This document shows positions 59,661-64,000 of a DNA stretch of 64,000 nucleotides, piece by piece. The position numbers and the translations under genes were made by a program. The notes below the pieces were generated by a model. It was not told where the DNA came from. It saw nothing but the letters and a program-made list of their open reading frames with translations, and ran no database searches. This DNA is from Cystobasidiomycetes sp. EMM_F5 (lineage: Eukaryota). Each line of letters opens with the position of its first letter. Within the stretch, counting starts at the first letter, position 1. The DNA lies in assembly GCA_051047955.1 (NCBI GenBank), contig JBPGPT010000002.1, forward strand, positions 1,054,001 to 1,118,000, written 5' to 3'.

Positions 59661-62600
59661 TTACTGCGGTCTCGAAGACGATCTCGCCTGTGTCCCTGAA
59701 TGAGCTTATCTGTGTCTAGTAATGCCAATCTGCGAGAGACTCACTAGGACGGCAGAACTCTGAGCAGCTTGATAGCTGCTGAAGCGTTTCAGTTCGTTGT
59801 TGTTGACGTGCACCTTCTGACCAAGACCGGATCGGATCCGACGAGTTGTCTTTGTAAGGAATGATACACGATTCCTGTAGAGCGACTCGTGGATCGATGC
59901 GGCGCGGGATTGAGTGCGAGCCAGGGGTATGCCAGTCTTCTTGTCGACGTTTGCTGCCCGTTTGACGTCCTTTGGTGTACGGATCTTCCGCATCAAAGCT
60001 TTCATACCGAATTTGATGATATCGAGCCTGTTGTTTCAGACATCATGTGAAGAATCACAGAAGAAGAGGAGATCATGACATTTCAGCATCATGTGCTTCG
60101 GCAGCGCAAATCTAGGACGTCACGCACGGTAGGAACCAGACAATATTCCAGATCCACACGATTCCGATCCATCCACCCGAAACGCCTGCGATATTGGTAA
60201 AGCCCCAATTTGCATACGCGGCGATAATGCTTGAAATGAGTTGGGCAACAGCGAATGCAGCGAGTAAAGCATATGATGGACGCTCCCGGAAGAAAAAGCC
60301 GTGTGAACGGGTCACAAAAATCAGTGCCTGACGATGGGAGAATATCAGATTTTGTCGAAGTTGAATCATGACTACCCTACCTGGGATATCATGGCAACTT
60401 GGAGATAGATAATCATGTGATTATGGGGATCATTGACTTGCTTGTATGGCGCAACTCCGAATTTATCCTCGAAAAAGGTCGTATCGAGAATCAGAGCCAG
60501 CATCACGATAGTTGAGGCTGCCAACCACAGGCCGTAGGCTACAGCATATGCAAAGATCTCCGCAAGGTCCCAAGAATCCGGCGTGTGAGAAGGGAGGACT
60601 CGGTCCACGGAGAGTGTCATAATCGTACCGTCATTCAGGATGGCGATAATGAGTACCATGAATGGCGGGAAATCGAACTTGTAAGCGAAAGCCATGATGG
60701 CAAAGCCGACAACGATACGAATAGTGACGGCACAAGCGCTGTTATAAAGTCAGTCAGTCTTTGGCTGTGGCGGCTGAAGGGGTCCGTGCGTACTAGATGG
60801 CATAATTTCGCATGCGCTGGAAGATGATTCTCGACTGACGGATGGCGTGTATGATGGTTGATAGACCAGGTTCAGTCAATACGATGTCCGCTGCGGCTCG
60901 AGCAGCATCGGTAGCGCCTTCGACGGCAATGCCAACGTTGGCTCGAGCTAAAGCTGGCGCATCGTTGGCACCATCACCCGTCTACGCGTATGTGTCAGTG
61001 AAATGGACCCGTGACTAATGTCTCAGTCCTACTCACCATCGCCACCAGATGGCCCAAACCCTGAAGTCGTTTTACGATTTCATGCCTAGATTGGAGAAAT
61101 TAGATCATGCAGTCTGAGCAGTGAGACCGTCCTCACTTATGTTCAGGATACACTCTGTGTGTTTCAAAAGTCAGTTCCAATCACACTCAACGCTATCTGA
61201 GACCAGGTCGACTTACCCAGCGAAACCATCTGCATCTAGAATCATTTCATCGAGGGACATGTGCTTGCCATTGTCAGGAATGCCTTCTCTAAGCACCTTG
61301 GCCGGATACATGTGATCTCCCATTCCCAAGCGTCTGCCAGTCTCCTTTGCAATAGCGAGCTGATCGCCCGTGACCATCTTGACTTTGATACCGAGTGCTA
61401 TGGCTTCATTGATAGTCTGGTGCGTATCCTCTCTAGGCGGGTCAAAGATAGACATGAGTCCTACAAGTTCGAAACCGTTGCCGTGATCGTCCTTATTGCC
61501 AGACGGAACCTCCTCGAAAGCGATTGCGAGCGCACGAAGACCTCTTCTTGCAAACTCTTCCACGTCCGCCTCTAGCCGAGTCTCGAGTTCTGCTGAAGTG
61601 TTGCGCGTACACAATTCATATATGACGCCCGTCATGCCTTTCGTGACTCGCTTCATTCTTCCGGTGGCTTCCTCAATATAGGTAATCTCTGTACGCTTGT
61701 CGACCGGGTTGAATGGCTTGAAATCGAGCAATTTGATTCCCTTTCGAGCATTCTCGAGGCCGACGGCGCCGACAACACACCCGTCAATAGCGTCGCTGTT
61801 CTCTGTGCGAGAGGCGTATGCAGCCAACAAAAGGCTCTCGTCAACATTGAAGGGTCCGTACGTCTTGACAGTCGAGCGATCGATAGTGAGCCTGTTTGTG
61901 GTCAGGGTACCAGTCTTGTCAGAGCACAGGATGGTCACACCAGCAAGTTCCTCAATGGCAGTGATACGCGTGACGATCGCCTTGTACTTTGCCAATTGCT
62001 GCGCGCCTACAGCCAGGGTGACAGACAAGACGGTAGGCATAGCAATAGGGATACCGCCGATAAGGAGGACGAGAATGTTATCAAGTCCGCGTCGGTAACT
62101 GTAGCGGAAGCCGGCGTAAAGGACCAAGATCTCGGCCACAATGAAGATACCGATGGATACCAGGCAAAAAGTACCAATCTGTGCCAGAATCTTCTGCAGA
62201 TGTCCAGCTGAATCATCGTCCTGTCCAACCAGAGTAGCAGCGCGGCCGAAAAAGGTGTTGGCGCCCGTAGCAATGACAACGCCCTCGGCTTCTCCCTGTT
62301 TACATGTGGAAGACGAGTAGCATTGATCACCAACCTTCTTATTCTGTGGAAGCGATTCGCCAGTAAGAGCAGCCTGATCTATGGAGACATTGATGGCGTC
62401 GTATAAGCGGCAATCTGCAGGAACAATATCGCCAATCTTGAATGCAATAACGTCGCCCGGAACGAGGTCTGCAGCATCCATGTCTTTCCATTCGCCATCC
62501 CGACGTGCTCTGGCCTTGGGTGCCAGCTGTTTCATAAGGGCTTGGACTGCATTGCCTGCACTGCGTTCCTCGTAGAATCCAATCTGTACATCATTGAGGG

Positions 62601-63504
62601 GGATTGACAGAAGAGGCGAATTTGATGTGTGTACACAGGCGTGAGATTAGTGGTCAGAAACTGCGAGCTTTTGCTCTTCACGGATGCGTGTGGCAATACT
62701 CACTGCTGAATTGATTAAGAGTAGTAGGACGATACCGACAAAGTCTTGCCAGTCGGGCGGCTTCCCTTCTCCATTGGACAGAGCAATAGCGACGAGTGCT
62801 GCACCCTCCATGACCCATGAAAGGGGATTCCACATGAAAGAGCTGGCGGATCCATCTGATTAACAATAGATCTTCCAGAGACACACGTCCGCTGGTCACT
62901 CACAGGAACTGAAGAAACGCATTGTCTTTCTTCGCTTCGAGCCGATTCGGCCCAAAGATTGCAGTGCGCTCTGCAGCTTCTTCTTTGGTGAGACCACTCT
63001 CTGTAGTTCTGCGGTCGGAGAAAAGGGAGCAAGGTCGATCGCGTCAGATTGGATATCTCCGACAGTGACAGGGCAGGAAATACTCACCTAAGCAGCTGCC
63101 AGACATCCTCGAGGACAATCTTGTCAAGGTCAACCTTGTCCTTGTCGTACTATCACACAATCAGTCGAACAGTAAGATATGTATTCGACGCCACAAGCCA
63201 GAGGGTGGGCAGCAGTGCACTATCCACAACATACCAGGTCTTCCGCCTTCAGCTCAATCGTCGACATGTCCACAAAAGCGTGCTGAGCGGCCTCTTCGTC
63301 GGCGTGTGCATTCTTCGGGCATCAATCCAGCTACATTTTAGCCTGAAACGTCAAAACCACATTAAAACGACGCAGACTCACATCCGCAGCGTCGAATCTG
63401 CCGGCTTTCGAGGGTTTCTCTGCTGCAATCGCGACTTTATCTTCTGCTGCGGTCATCGTTGGCGATGTGCCGGCTGCCGAGGCCTTCTCGTTCATGTCCG
63501 CCAT
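59661..63504 (-). CDS. PMA1: Plasma membrane P3A H+-ATPase
   Basis: [57 protein letters not shown] and IAILNDGT; last exon ARSSSRPQ*. Confidence 0.97.
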
Positions 63505-64000
63505 GGTGCAGATTTATCGGCTGCTGCGATTGTTGATGTTGGCACCGCGACGACTGAAACACAGCCAGACAAGCCAACTCACGGGAAATAATTCCAAAAA
63601 GGTTCACAGACAGTGCCAGCTGAGTAAAGGACGTGTTATGTTTGACAGCGTGCTAAGCGAGCCGGCGGGTTTCGAGGAGTTGCACAGGGCGCGCGTATGG
63701 GTGAAATGGGTGTAAAGTCGACACCACAAATGAGAAATGCAAGTTGCGAAGAAAGCGGAGCAGTGCAAACGAGTGCGGATATCGTATAGAGAGCACTAGT
63801 CAGCCCGGAAACGCCGAGAAAAATCGGTATTCTGCGATGGAGCGACTCGACGGGTTTGTCCAGCCATTTCGCTTGGACGGGCCATGTTTATGGCGCACCC
63901 ACTGCACTTGGCACTGTTCAGCGTATGGACAAATGAGCATATACGTACAATATGAGCTGCTTGACGAGCAATGGCGGACACCTTATGCCCAAACAAATCA

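Overview
This is eukaryotic fungal DNA, most likely a basidiomycete yeast (inferred from gene content and intron style). It is very gene-dense: about 33 spliced protein-coding genes in 64 kb, typical introns of about 50-65 nt (GT..CTRAY..YAG), and intergenic gaps as short as 9-18 nt between convergent stop codons. The supplied ORF track mostly shows exon fragments and antisense shadows, so gene models were rebuilt by hand-splicing. Content is largely housekeeping: ARP2, CDC55, ABP1, PMA1, PEX8, VMA9, MED22, IMP1, NCS2, Pol X, HST2-like sirtuin, cytochrome c heme lyase, PDI-like and TCERG1-like. There are also two tandem paralog pairs (MFS transporters, pepsin-like proteases). No prokaryotic-type system, CRISPR array, transposon, rRNA or tRNA was recognised. 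The most unusual signals are in RNA processing. (1) An apparently obligatory single-nucleotide exon (T at 2296) in a highly degenerate Miro/Gem1-like gene. (2) An obligatory 4-nt exon in an alcohol dehydrogenase. (3) Three GC-AG introns. (4) Long AG-free introns with distal branch points. (5) A 632-nt stop-free intron carrying a poly(A)-like signal right after the CID domain of a Nrd1/Seb1-like termination factor, a candidate autoregulatory attenuator. (6) A possible non-AUG mitochondrial extension on the sirtuin. Family assignments come from motif recognition, not database searches.
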